55,247 nt of DNA, filler included, from Bipalium vagum (GCA_037834085.1; 3 parts of 3 records of this genome joined end to end with filler, not necessarily neighbours in it), one strand, 5' to 3'; positions 14,371-27,219 are shown, numbered from the whole stretch's first letter. Numbers and translations: made by a program. The notes: generated by a model from the letters alone, not told the origin.

Positions 14371-17300
14371 TCATCAATATTCATTTTGATATTAATCATA
14401 AAAATAATATATAATTTATATAAAAATTATTAAACTATTATTAAAAATTTAGCAACGCAATAAATTGAATTATGAGATTAAGAGAAGCGTCAATTTGAAA
14501 AAAAAATCGAGAAAAGTAACCACGAAAGGAAAATATCAAGAAAAAAAAATTATATTTTGAAAGCTTCTTATGGTGTTCTGCTTTCCATCACTATTTGTTT
14601 TATTTTATTAACAAAAGACAACTTACCAACAGGTTATGATATAGAATCCATAGATGAGGTACTCTAGACGAAGAACTGTAAAATTCTAAGATCAGTAAGT
14701 TCAAATTATAAGAAATCGATGAAAGGTTTACTTTCAAAGGTCCTAATCTATTATGAAGACCAAAGATACCATTAGCAATCACTCTTAGTTTAGGAAAAAA
14801 GATAGTGAATGAAATAAGAAGATATTCTTTGAGAAATCAAGTAAATTAAGTTGCTACTTCCACATTTATTATGTTCATTCTTTGAGGAATAATAAAGAAA
14901 AGATGTATACCAAAATTTATAACCAGAAATGATATGGTTGAAACCAATACTCGTCATATAAAAAATTATTAAAATAAAGGACATGTCACTAAATCCCCAC
15001 AAATAAGAACGAAAAGTTACCACATGTACGTTCTGAAATAAAAAAAGGAATATATTATATATAATATTTTTATTAGATCTAATTATGTTAAGTTAACAAG
15101 TATTGACCTGCCTTCCATTAGATGACCGAAGAATGAAAAATAGATAATTTTACAGAAGATTGGAGCAGTCTCAGATATTGTTAGGAGATACTGATTTGCT
15201 TCTCTATGTAAATCTAATCATCCTAACTTTCTTTTTTATTTATTACGTGTACTTGTTATCTCTATCAAGAAAAAGACATTCCATGTTTTAGTTTCTATTT
15301 GTTAAGCTATGTTTCAAGGTTTCAAGGGTTTTTGTAAAATTTAACTCTTAGAACATTCTTAAATAAATCCAAGGACGCTGGGCCACCAATAATTAGTTTA
15401 CAGAAGAAAGTAAGGACAAATAAAACCTATTCACTCATAAATTATATTTATTATAAATATTTTTCATTTTAAAATTTATCAATATTAAAAAAAGTTTATT
15501 TTCGATTGATTGAATAAAAAAAATAAATAATAAGTACTCTAAAGCCTGAAATAACTGTCTCATCTTTTAATAAAAATGGACGATTTTTCGAGATTTTGTT
15601 AATAAAGACACATTCACTCTAAGTAATTCTTCTTGATATTCAAGTAATTCTAAAAAAATTATAAAATAAAAATTTAACAATAAATTCAATAGCCATAGAT
15701 ACATTACTCATCCTATATCACTGGAAAATCAGATCCAAAGTTAATCGTTAGGAAAGATGACTTTTTCAATAAAAGTTGCCCCCAAGATTGTATTTCTAAA
15801 CTTAATATTTCCTTATCTTTATGTTTCTTTGTCAGGGTAATTTAAATCTATAAAAATGGTTTTTAAATTGTGTGGTTGTATTTCTTGTATATTTTTGTTG
15901 TATTTTGATTTTCTTTTGTTTATTTTTATTGTTGAAATTTTGTAAGAAAATTCTCCAAAAAAGAAATATAAATTTTATTTAAAAAATAATTATGAAAAAA
16001 TTAATATAGTGTTTTATTATTATTATTAAAAACTTTTATAAAAATAGAATTTATGATAAAAAAAAGTAACATTATGTTACTAAAGATATATTGTTTAAAA
16101 AATAATTACTAAAAATAGATTGTTTGTAAATAATAGATTATTATGGACTCTTTTTAGTAAGTACGTACTTATTTAGAATTATTAAAATAAATTAATACGA
16201 ATACGCTGAGCTTTCAGCATTAAGTGACACAATATTATGAGAATTTATTTCGGACGAACTATGATCATGAATATTGCAACAGTAAGCCTTCGTACGATTT
16301 TATTTATATTTTTAGTTGTCAGAACTTTTAATCTCTGAAAAACTGCATTTTTATTTATTATTATTGTTATTAATTATATCACTAATTGTGCATTACTGAG
16401 CATAAACTATTTTTACGGAACAGTACTCTTAAATAGTAATTTATCTCTAAATAATATTTCAAAAAATATATTAGAGGTAAGACTCTAAGATTAAGTATAT
16501 CTTTGGTTATGCCCTCCACTTCTGAACCAGCTATTTTTTTTTATAGCTTGCATACTTATTAGAATAGCGAACTATATTCTGAAGGTATTCTGAGATACGC
16601 ATAGGAAAATCGTACAAGAAGGTTATCTTCTTTAATTAAATGTAATTCTTTGGGATTTTTCCTATTTATTTAAATTTCATTCATGTTTTTTTCATTTTTA
16701 TTTAAAATTTACATAATTTAGTAACTTTAGAAAAAAAGGGACATTGGCATTATTTCAGATTTTAGAGTACATACATATCTCCATTTTTCAAATAATATCT
16801 TATGGAGCTTTCATTTCTGTTTAACTTATTTCCGATCCATCTGTTTGATTTTCCGGCTTAGTGGTAAACTTTAATCATCCTTTCTCAATGTCGGACATTT
16901 TCCTTAAACTTGGCATGGTAAGAATTTACTAAACAGCTTAAATTATAAGTTTTATAATTATTAATCCTCACTTATTATATATTGTAAAAATTTTAAGTAT
17001 AAAATTAAAATTGATAAGGAAAATCCAAATTCAATTTAGTGCGGCAATCAATTATGGTCAACAAAAATTTTGAATTATATAAACAAATTAAATTTAGTTA
17101 AATTACAACTTAATTTAAATAATACAACGATGTTCAAATAAGTTCTTATATCTTATACTTTCAAAATACTAAATTAAATATACTTTTAAAAATAATCAAG
17201 ATTTCTTGATTTTACAAAGTGCGACAATTAATGTGTAGCGCAATGTATATGAAATATATATAAAAAGAAAAAAAATAGAAATAAATATTTTTAGTTATTT

Positions 17301-17573
17301 CTTCATCATAAATTGTAATAATATATTAAACTAATATTTTTTTGTGCGATCGTGTAACATTGACATATTTTTTTACTATAATTATTCTTCATTAAGATAA
17401 AACAAAAAAATAGAATTTATTTAGTTAAAATTGAATAAAAATCAAAATAAATAAAGCCAAAATATATTAATGAAAATAATTTGTTTGCATTAACCAATGA
17501 CAGATTACCACATCCTCCCCATAGAATCAATTCCATTTTAGAACAATGCCGAAATGAATATTGCTACGAGTTT

Positions 17574-17987
17574 TCATTCTGGCTTTTTAGTAACTTTTAA
17601 AAGGTTATATAATCGGCCAACAATTATTATTGAAATTATCTGTAATATTATTATTCCAATTATCACACCGATTGTAACCCCCAGGCTATTAACAGCCCAT
17701 CCTACAAACAACGGTAGACAGGCCTGCGAACTTTAAATATTTTTTCTATCATCATTAAACATACCTTTTGTGAAGCGTTAGCAGCCGTACAATTCTTGGT
17801 ATTGGGACAGCAACTACTTGGAATAGTATCTTTATAATCCGAGACTGAGTTGATTCCACAGCATTCGAACTGAAAAAGAATGAGCTTTTCTTTCAAGTAA
17901 AATCGTTACTTTATTTTGGATGGAGTCCATGGTTGTCTGGTTAAGACCGAAAACCTCTAACATTCCTGCTCGAACAACGGAATGCAT
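17574..17987 (-). CDS. Tetraspanin, last three coding exons (17987-17910, 17869-17765, 17723-17574); 5' exons not found in this segment
   Basis: MDSIQNK|FECCG...IPSSCCP...C...|ACLP followed by a hydrophobic TM4 containing Q and a short basic tail. GT-AG introns of 40 and 41 bp. Confidence 0.9.
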
Positions 17988-18405
17988 CTAAATCAGTGAT
18001 ATTGTGAAGCGAAATAGAATATGATTGCATTTATAACGATTTAAAAGCACATTTGTGGTTTTCAATCTATATTTCTGATATAATAATCAATCCAAAATGA
18101 TCAGATGAATATAATGTGTTTAGGATTTTCTCGTAATTTCTGTCCATCTACCACCCAATTTGATATTCAACTTTTATTTGTAAAAGGACATTCAAAATTA
18201 ATCACGACATTAAACTCTGATTAATCCGGTTCGTCTGTTGCCAAAAAATTTATGGAGAATTATGGTTCAACCATAATCTTCAGATATGATGTCTGCTAAG
18301 GAGATTCAGCCTAGATTTTGGAAGAGAATTTTTATAGAAATAATTATTTTTCTGAGGATTAATCAATTTTAAATTTTGAAAGCACTCTAAATTTATAATT
18401 TAATA

Positions 18406-18960
18406 CAGGAGTGAGCAAACTTTTTCTACAGAAGGCCGAATTGAAAACTTCATTGCTGTGGGGGGTATTATTTTCTACATGTATTATTTTCTACTTCATT
18501 TACAAGTTATTTACAAAGTACGAAAAATTGAAATAATAACAATCATTTATTTGACATTTTACTTTACAGAAACGATTTTCAATTTGATAATAAGATTTTT
18601 CTATTTCTAGAGACTCCCACCATCATATCGACAAGTTCCTACAAAGTCTCAGAGCATAAAATTAAAATTTTATACTTCACATTTTTAAAATAATTATAGG
18701 AGGAATCAGCGTGAGAATCAATTTTTCATAATATAAGTAGTGAAGATGTGAATAGCGCGCTTTTAAAATTCTTAACTTTCCACCAAGTTGTGTGACCATA
18801 TTGATATCTTTTTACTTTTCGTTTCAATTTTGAATTTCTAAATGTCTGTCACAAATAAACCCATGTCTTGATGTTCTAGCAAGAGGTTGACAATATCTGT
18901 GAGTTTCTTAAATATTTCTTTCTTTTATTTAGAGTTTTCAAATCATTCAGTCGGAAATTT
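18406..18960 (-). mobile_element. Possible decayed hAT (Buster/Charlie-like) element end
   Basis: CAGGAGTGAGCAAACTTTTTCTACAGAAGGCCG resembles hAT termini. Frameshifted remnants resemble the F.STY.CE..FS motif of the dimerisation domain. Confidence 0.3.
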
Positions 18961-19087
18961 TCAAAATTTTCTAATTTTATTATCACAGAGTCCTAATAAT
19001 TTGGCATAAATATAATATTTATTCAAAATATAAAATTTTAAAAATATAATATGAAAAATAAATTTGCTAATGTCATAAATTAATTAT

Positions 19088-19187
19088 NNNNNNNNNNNNN
19101 NNNNNNNNNNNNNNNNNNNNNNNNNNNNNNNTTAATTAATTAANNNNNNNNNNNNNNNNNNNNNNNNNNNNNNNNNNNNNNNNNNNN
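19088..19187. other. Artificial spacer/assembly gap
   Basis: 44 N + TTAATTAATTAA (stops in all six frames) + 44 N. Confidence 0.97.
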
Positions 19188-19297
19188 ATATCTGTATTGG
19201 TTGATCCGCCTGGCTTGGGTATTGTAGAAGGGTTTGATGCTTGTGGTTGACGTAGTCTCCACATTAGAATCAATAACAAAAAAATTAGAAAAAACAT

Positions 19298-19554
19298 TGT
19301 TAGTTGAAAATTAATCGGAGATACCTGGATTCGAACCCGGGACCATCACATACGCTGACCGCTGAGCTACATCATCCGACTAATTTTCAATTTATCTCAC
19401 ATCCCCCTCCTTTAAAGATCAATTCCATACCCTTAACCGCCCCGAGTCTGTTTACTTCCATTTACAATTTTACTTCCGAGACCTCGTCCGCTGCTTGGTG
19501 TCCTGGTGTGGTCGCCATGTTAGTTGAAATTAATCGGAGATACTGGGATTCGAA
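19298..19554 (-). mobile_element. Non-autonomous LTR retrotransposon in miniature (TRIM) with tRNA-derived LTRs; 5' LTR truncated
   Basis: Minus strand: partial LTR (19554-19518, ends CTAACA), PBS TGGCGACCACACCAGGAC (19517-19500), short interior, PPT AAAGGAGGGGGA (19413-19402), full LTR TGTGAG...CTAACA (19401-19298). Confidence 0.85.
19317..19377 (-). ncRNA. tRNA-Ala-like sequence inside the LTR (not a functional tRNA; anticodon arm largely missing)
   Basis: GGATGATGTAGCTCAGCGGTCAGCG (A-box) ... GGTCCCGGGTTCGAATCCAGGTATCTCC (B-box/T-arm). Confidence 0.7.
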
Positions 19555-20829
19555 AGAACAAAATTGTATTTTCAAAACAAGTTTTTACATATAATTGAAT
19601 ATAAATCAATTACACATTTCTGTCAGCCTAGTATGGCATTTTAATATTAATATTAGATTAGTTCTTCATCACAATTAGTCAGATTTTCTCTGCCAATATT
19701 GTCGTTTGTATGGCTTTGTGGTTCATCATTCGCAATATTGTTAAGTTTCGCTAAAAGTGACTTAATTTAAACATTAATAAATCGATAAAAGACTGGAGGG
19801 TCACTTAACATGAACTAATTGACTTATCAGAAGGTATTATGGCCTGTAATTCGGAACAAATATAAAACAAATGAAAACAATTAAGACTCTGATACAAATA
19901 TTTTTATTTGTAAAAATATTAATTTACAAAGTGATTTTAAAGGAGAATCTTTAAATCCTTACACAGTGATCATGTAACTTGTGGTAAGGTCCTAAGAAGA
20001 TTTGCCAACCCTAACTGTAGTGCAAACCTTAAACAAAAAGAGAAGTAATAAAGAATGCAAATTAAAAGAAGACAGATAATCCTATTAAATAGTGATTATC
20101 AGAAAGGGATTTTAAATTTAGACTTTAAAATTGGTCTGTGCAAATTTTAATAATTTACCAGAAAAATATAATAATAATAATAAACAATTTAATCAAAAAT
20201 TACTGCTTAAATAAAGGGCATATCCTTGTTGTTGACCAAATTCAGTGTTCTATCGTTTTCTTTAGAATGTTCCTCTTTTGAATGGTATTCGGAAGGACGT
20301 CGTTTAAAAGTTTTTTAATGAAATTTAAATTTGCGTTCTTGTGCGCTCTGAATCGTAAATGATGTCCTTTTATATCTGTCCGGATACATTTTCTTTGATT
20401 ATGCGGCTAGACGTCTGTCGTAGATTCAGATATCAATTATGCTCGAATGTCTTCGCGGATTATATTTCTTGCACTCTTGTGAGGTCCTTAGTTGATGTTA
20501 TTAGCTGGTTTCGTGTGTATTCTTTATTCCAAATTCCATGCTCTTTTTATATATTATTTTTTAGGTTAGTTTTTATTTTTATAGTTTCCTATTTAATTTT
20601 TGTACTTAAAATTATTCCTTTTTTAAATTTATCTTACATATATTTTGCTAAGTTTCTATTTTTTAGAAACTTAGTAATTTCTATTTAATTTTTTGATATT
20701 TTCTTTGTTTAAATATTTATTTTAATAATACTAATAATAATAATAATAGTAAAAATAATAATTTTTGTTAGGAATCCAACTTATTTATTTTATTTAAAGA
20801 TTCTCATTTTTACAACAATAAAAGTTTTA

Positions 20830-22920
20830 AATATTTATTAAAATCACACATTAAAGAGTTCGTTCACAATGAAAAGTTCAATAATCAATAAATTTAAATA
20901 ATAAATGAGTTAATTTCTCTTGAGTATTCTCAATATCGTCCAATTCAGATTGAGTCATCTTCAGCTTTCCGACATTCCGATGAAAATTCCATTGGGTTGC
21001 GCTCCACTTGATATTCGAAGATACGCAGAATTTTCCGATTTCTGTTGATTTGCGTTTTGAGAACTGCTGCTTTTTCAGAATTTCGTCGTTCCGCGTTTCC
21101 CATGATCTGAGGCATCCAACGGCAAATGTATCCAGCATGAATGTCCATTGTGGCAAGGCTTCTTTTGTTTTGTTGAGCAGATCTTCATAATGTCGGAGAT
21201 TTTTCTCATGATTCCAAAACATGTTGTTTTCGGTGTCATAAAGGCATTTGACGTCTATGAGAAGAAGACGTTTTTGATTTGTGAATTCGATTTGAAGATC
21301 CACTCGTTACGTAGAGTTGATATATGAACTCTCTGCGTTGACAAACACTTTAGCCGTTGTGTTTGATTTGATCTGTTCCCCGAGATAGTCTTGGATTGTA
21401 TTGTGACGAAGGTTCTGAAATATTTTTGACTGATCAAAGCCGACGAGAACATCGATAGAGTTTCCTCTGGTTCATCACATCTTCGGCATCCTCTGAATGG
21501 TGATCCGTGTCGATCATTGACTTGAATAAAATAGGATCTGGCTCTATGTATGAAATACCATGCATAAATGGATATTTCGCCATTGAATATAGGTCTTGTG
21601 CACATGGATGATTGACCAATTAAAGACGCGAAGCGACCAGCACTTGATTGATTATTCCAGTTGAAGTTCACTAATGATCAATTAGATGAAGGATTTTGGA
21701 AATCAACTTGGCATCCTTTGGTTTCACAAGTGCTTCATTTATATAATCAGAATTGAGTTGTTGGAAAACTTTGAGGCAAATTCCATTTTCGTTCAGCTGA
21801 AATTTGACGGATATCTTGTGTCTCCTTTGCAATTGATTAATTGCGGAACGAGTTTTTCTCCACCAACAATTCTGATGGCATTGGACATCTCCAAGATTTA
21901 GCCATTCGAAAGCATGTTCAACTGAAATCTTCTTTCTCACACCTGGATCAGAAGCAGCAGAGATTAGAGAAGAAACTGACATGTTTCGGATATTTTGGTT
22001 TGCAGAGTTGAACAGCTGGAACACACTTGCGATCTACTGAACCAAATATTCATCAGTAACCGAAATAACACCAGCTCACCAAAAAATTTTGACTTGTTGA
22101 TGTATTTTATGGAAGACCGAATACCAAGACAAGAGTATTTTTCAAGACGACGAATATTTGGTTCTATTGCACTCACTCCCTGAGTCAATTCATTCCAGGT
22201 AATGTAGTTATTCCGAAAAGCGAATATCATTCGAGAATGAATGAAGACTTGATATGCATTCAATTTCTGCCAAGGATATAGAATGCTTTCGGAGATAACC
22301 TTCAACTGATGAATGATTTCTGCAAACAGTGATCTCGGTGGAGAATGGAGATTTTCACAGAAATCAACTCCCAAATATTGGTACCTTTCATCAATATTCA
22401 GATTGCAGATTGAAGAATCACCAATTTTCAAAGAGTATGCATTTTTCACCTGCGGAATACGGAGAAAAGCACACTTTGAAGGCCGAAATTTCAAGTGTAG
22501 TCAAGATGATACCTGAACTGCGCGATCCAGGAGCTCTTGCATGTGTGGACGACTGGTAGCTAAAAGTACTACACATCATCCACATAAGCAAGCGCACTCA
22601 ACCGATATTCACGAATCAGTACACCACCGCTCAACACTTGATCAGGACTATTTAATATCGGATTCATACTAACAACATTGAAAGTGGACACCCCTGTCGA
22701 ACGCCAACGTTGATAGCAATAGGCTCAGTAGTAAAATTGAAATATGATTGACAATCACTACACAGAGCCTCTATCAATTGACATGATCGAGAGTCCACAC
22801 CCATTCGCCGGAAACAACCATTAATGAAGAAAATATCGATACTGCCGATATTCAGTTCTCGACGATGTCAATCAATTTTTATTTAATAGCAACGATCTGC
22901 GCTTCTGTTCCAATCTACTA
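20830..22920 (-). mobile_element. 5'-truncated, frameshifted non-LTR retrotransposon with restriction-like endonuclease (NeSL/Utopia/R2-type)
   Basis: RT motifs GVRQGCPLS, ALAYVDD, LKFRPSKC, YQYLGV, PWQKLNAY; WYFIHRAR; zinc knuckle CRRCDEPEETL; REL domain DLQI...LLIDVKC; AATAAA after the stop codon. Confidence 0.9.
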
Positions 22921-23429
22921 AGCCTTTTTATTTTTAATTTTAGATTTATAATTAAAAATCATCAGCCGCAGATTAAGAACCATTCCAATTTGCTCTTCAA
23001 TGCTGTCACAATTATCATGTACAACATTGAAAAGCTGATTGATCTGATTAATCAAATTATTTTCCTTTTCCTTGGTTCCAAAGAGATTTGATTAAGTTTA
23101 AGATGCCATTTTTATAAAATACATTTTTCAAATTTTCAATTTTTAAAATGTCATTTATATTTTTAATTATAAAATTTAAAATTTTACATTTTTGAAACCT
23201 ATCACGTGCTTTACTCAAATTTAGTAAAATTGGGAAATTATTAAATAATAGCCTTTTCTCACGCTTGAATAAAACACGTGTTAACATTTGATTACTAAAA
23301 ATGGCATTATGGTTTATATTAATATTATTCTCATCGTTATAATTATTATTATCTTTAGTATTATTATTATTATTAAAATTTGATATATTTTCATGTAAGA
23401 AATTGGGCAGGGATCAAGATCACCGAAAG

Positions 23430-24130
23430 AGTGTTTAATGCGGTATCCTAAAGAGTCTTGTCCAAATTGTGGACGAAGGATGTCCTGCTGCTGAAATTGT
23501 TAGGAACCAGCCACATGAGTTTAAGGTTGGTATCGAACAGGGGGCCGAACGCCTGGGTGAGGGATTTATTGATGAGATACAGTCCATAGGCGGACATAGT
23601 TCAGACCGGTCCGAAGAAATAATTAAGAAAGGGAGTTTTTATAACATAAAGAAGTAACGTAGAGAGGCTCCCATAAGAAAAGCTTGTCACACCGTGATAC
23701 TTTAATTGCAGGCAAGATTGCTCAACACGGGGCAACGTACGGTAAGTTTTTTTTATCAGTAAAGCCTCACGAAACTTTAAAATTCCTGTCGTACGTATAA
23801 TCATTAATAAACGACTTTTAGCTACAAATTGCTACCAACGTGATAAAGTGATGACTGGCGAAGAAGTTGTTGCTGTAGCAGAATTGCGAGTCCGTGAGTG
23901 TGGGATCACTTCGTTTGTTTTAGCGAACAAGGATAGATACGAATTCTTTTCGGACGTCGGAGTAAGCCTCGACCTTAAAGTCACTTTGATTGAGAAAAGA
24001 ATCTGTTCTTTTTGTTATTTCCAGCGACTACACGGCACACCTTGCCGACATTGAACTGGACGTGGCTAACAGCGAGTGGTGGGGTATGACCAAATTCGAT
24101 TGCGGAAATTATGGTTGGGCTTCCAATCTT
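23430..24130 (+). mobile_element. Possible decayed Merlin (ISXO2-like) transposase N-terminal region
   Basis: CPNCGRRM zinc-ribbon-like motif, IKKGSFY and ADIELDV remnants in different frames. Confidence 0.3.
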
Positions 24131-24139
24131 AGAAGCTTT

Positions 24140-24480
24140 TGTGGATTGTCAGTTGGGAGCAGTACATATCGAATTAATCGTTTGGCAAGATGAAAACAAC
24201 TCGTAATAAATTACACTTTAAAAATCCCAAAAAACAGGAGGCATGGTTTTCATGGGGCCTATACCTGCATTTAGTGAAGATTTTAGTGGCTTATCAGAAC
24301 GACCCCACATTGTCATAGACAACCCACTTTTCATCACTGGTAACGAATTGCTTCAAGAATTGAAGTATTTCTTGCCATTGATATACATGCCAATAAATTG
24401 GTCTCCGTTAATTTATTCTGTACCCAGGCATTGAGTCGCGAAACGAATCCCAGATTATGGAATCCTTTTGGTGTTTAGAT
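24140..24480 (-). mobile_element. Mariner transposase fragment
   Basis: LNAWVQNKLTE, FLKQFVTSDEKWVVYDNV, VFWDF, VIYYELFSSCQTINS. Confidence 0.8.
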
Positions 24481-24539
24481 TAATGGGAGATGGGCTTCCT
24501 GAGTAAGACGAATCCCTAAAAAACTTCTCAATCCTTTTA

Positions 24540-25420
24540 CGCATTTCCTTTTTTCGAAATTTTTAATCGCTTCAAACTTTGAAGCATTTCTACTCACCAC
24601 ATGACCCAAGAACTTTATTTCTTCTTTCAGCAAATGACACTTCTGGATTTATCCTTAGTCCAGCTTCCTGCACTCATCTCAGTACTTCGTTTAGAACCTG
24701 ATAATGCTCATTTTCTGTCTCTGTAAACACTAATATGTCCTCCAGATATACCATTACTCTTTTTCTACAACCGACGACCTTCGTCATTATCTCCTGAAAT
24801 GGTCCTGGGCCTGCCACTATTTCAAAGGACATCCTATTAAAACAGTACTGACCTTCCTTAGTAGATAAAGTCATCTTGATCTTTGATGTCTCCACTAATT
24901 CCTCTTTATAGTAGGCAATACCTAAATCAATGGAACTGAAATGCTTTGCGTACAAAATATCCTCTACAATTGGCATTGGAAAAGCCTGCCTTTCCGTTAC
25001 TGCATTTAACTGCCGAAAATCCAAACATATAAGGATATCTTTCTTCTTCCATAAGCAAATCAAAGGTGAATTGCATTTCTTAATAATCCCATTGTCGTGT
25101 ACGTTCTTGACAGTCTCTTTTATCTTCTCCTCTACGTTCATCGACTGTCAAAACGACTTAAGATTAATTGATTATCCTATTGTCCGGATATTGTGTTTCG
25201 CTACATGAAGGCAGCCGTTATTCCACTTGTCCCTGAAAAAATTCTCGTTCTCTTTTATCTGCACCAGCCACCTCTTGCTTATCTTAAAACGCTACCCTTC
25301 CCTGACTTCATTACCAAACTTCCCTTCAATATTACTCTTATATGAATCTTCTCTTTCCTTTCCATCAGTTTTGATATACCCGGAATTTTCTTTAACCAGT
25401 CTAAATCCGAATACCGCGGA
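24540..25420 (-). mobile_element. Ty3/Gypsy pol fragment (reverse transcriptase), pseudogenised
   Basis: CLDFRQLN, FPMP, FSSIDL, FNRMSF, VYLEDILVF, GLRINPEKC, FLGHVV; contains an internal stop. Confidence 0.9.
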
Positions 25421-27219
25421 GACAGTGGGTATAAATCATTCTAATTATTATTTTTCCTGTTGGTGATGTATGGAGAATCTCCAGAATGTGGCATTAGTAG
25501 AAGAATTTGTTGACAGATTCAAATTATATTTTATTTAACTAATAAAAGTCTAGAAAGCACTTTTATTAGTTTTCTTATTTATGAAATTTATTTCGGTATA
25601 TATGGAGAACAGCAATGATTGTCGATTTCACTCAAATTATGTGGCACTGTTTTACAGTTATTAGCAGAGAGCTCAAATTTCTGATTTCCATTCTTCTTAA
25701 TCACCCAAAACTCTTTCCAAAAATGAATATTGAATATAAATTCAAATTAGTAATCCGAAACAAGTTTGATGATTAAACTGAAGCTCTTCTCAATGATCAC
25801 CAAACTTTTATTTCCAGTCCTTTTCCAACATCAAAAGATTTCAAGTCCATCATTTTTTTTACAAATATCAAAATTTTCAAATAAATTTAATAAAACCCAA
25901 AAGCGTGAGGGAATACCCATACCAAAGTGATGGAATCTAATTCTTTAGGTGTTAATTAATTTTTTGGTTAGTCAACCAAAGATACTACCCACAAAAGGTT
26001 CGGTTAATAATGATGATCGATCATAATTATAATAATAAATTCCTTAATTAAAAATTACAAATTATATTCCGATACGGATTAATTAAAAAGAAATAGTTTA
26101 TTCCCGATATTTCTAAGTGGGCTATTACGGAAAAAATACTAGCAATAAGGTCTGAGCAAAGATTTAAGTATTTTCTGATCTGTTATTTCGAAAGATCTGT
26201 TGGGAGGACTCCCCCAATCATCCCAATCAATAGCACAAACAACAGATAACCGTCAATCGTCCACAGCTCCACAGCCAGCGGCGAGTCAGCCTCAATCGAT
26301 TACAGCTTCCAAAACAAAAAAGAAACAGTGATTATGACAATTCAATTGTGATTATTCCTTATTTGTGACAATATCAATTCTCTTATTCAATTCTTTTATT
26401 GTGTGTCAATTCTTTGTATAAATGATAATTTTTAATAATATTTGTAAAAAAAATAAAAATAATTTTAACTTCCATTTGTGAAATTTTTATTTGTATATAA
26501 TTTTACCTGTAAAGCATCCTTTAGAGATAAATTAATAAATAAAATAATATATATAAATTAACTAATAAATTAATATTAAATAAAATAATAATAAGTGAAA
26601 CATTTTATATTTACTAAGATTTTATGGAAGGGCACTGGAAATAACTATAAATAAAAATTAACAAAAAAATTTTAAATTTTAGAAACAAATTGATTTAAAT
26701 AGGAATAAAATAAATAAGAAAAATTATATGAGGAAAGAAGAAGATTACCATGTATAAAAAGTCATGAAAATCAAGAGTATAAAAAGGAAGGTCGAAAAAG
26801 GAAAATTCGTACAAAAGATTTATAAATTTAAAAATATTTAGGGTCCTAAGTGATTATTTGAAACTTACATATTCCATAAAACTTCAACCTACAGCGACAA
26901 ATTCAAATTTCAACCTACAACCAGAACAGTAGCAGAATTCCACAGACAGTTTCTAATCATCAATACAAAAACAGCGTTTAGTACAACCCAAGCATACAAC
27001 AACCAAAATAATAGTTAAACCTTTTTCGCGAACTTGAAGGAAACGGAAAAAAAACAAAAAGCCAAAAATTCAACAAAATATCGATCATTACCACAACGAG
27101 ACATAGTACCAGAGGCAATACAGAATCGACCACTATTCCGATCAAAATGATTTCCGTAGAGCCCGAATCAATTTTTTTATGCTTATAAGTAATATATATT
27201 TATATGTTGACTTCATTTT

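Noticed and set aside
19317-19377. Functional tRNA gene or ordinary SINE
   Set aside because: The anticodon arm is missing, and the sequence is embedded in a TG...CA LTR with PBS and PPT and no poly(A) tail.
19470-19500. HDV-like ribozyme (ACCTCGT loop)
   Set aside because: Could not build the P1/P2/P3 pairing.
19304-19594. 96-aa ORF with an internal repeat
   Set aside because: Chance translation of the TRIM antisense strand.
22490-22502. U2 snRNA-like TCAAGTGTAGT
   Set aside because: Short match inside the RT coding region with no further U2 similarity.
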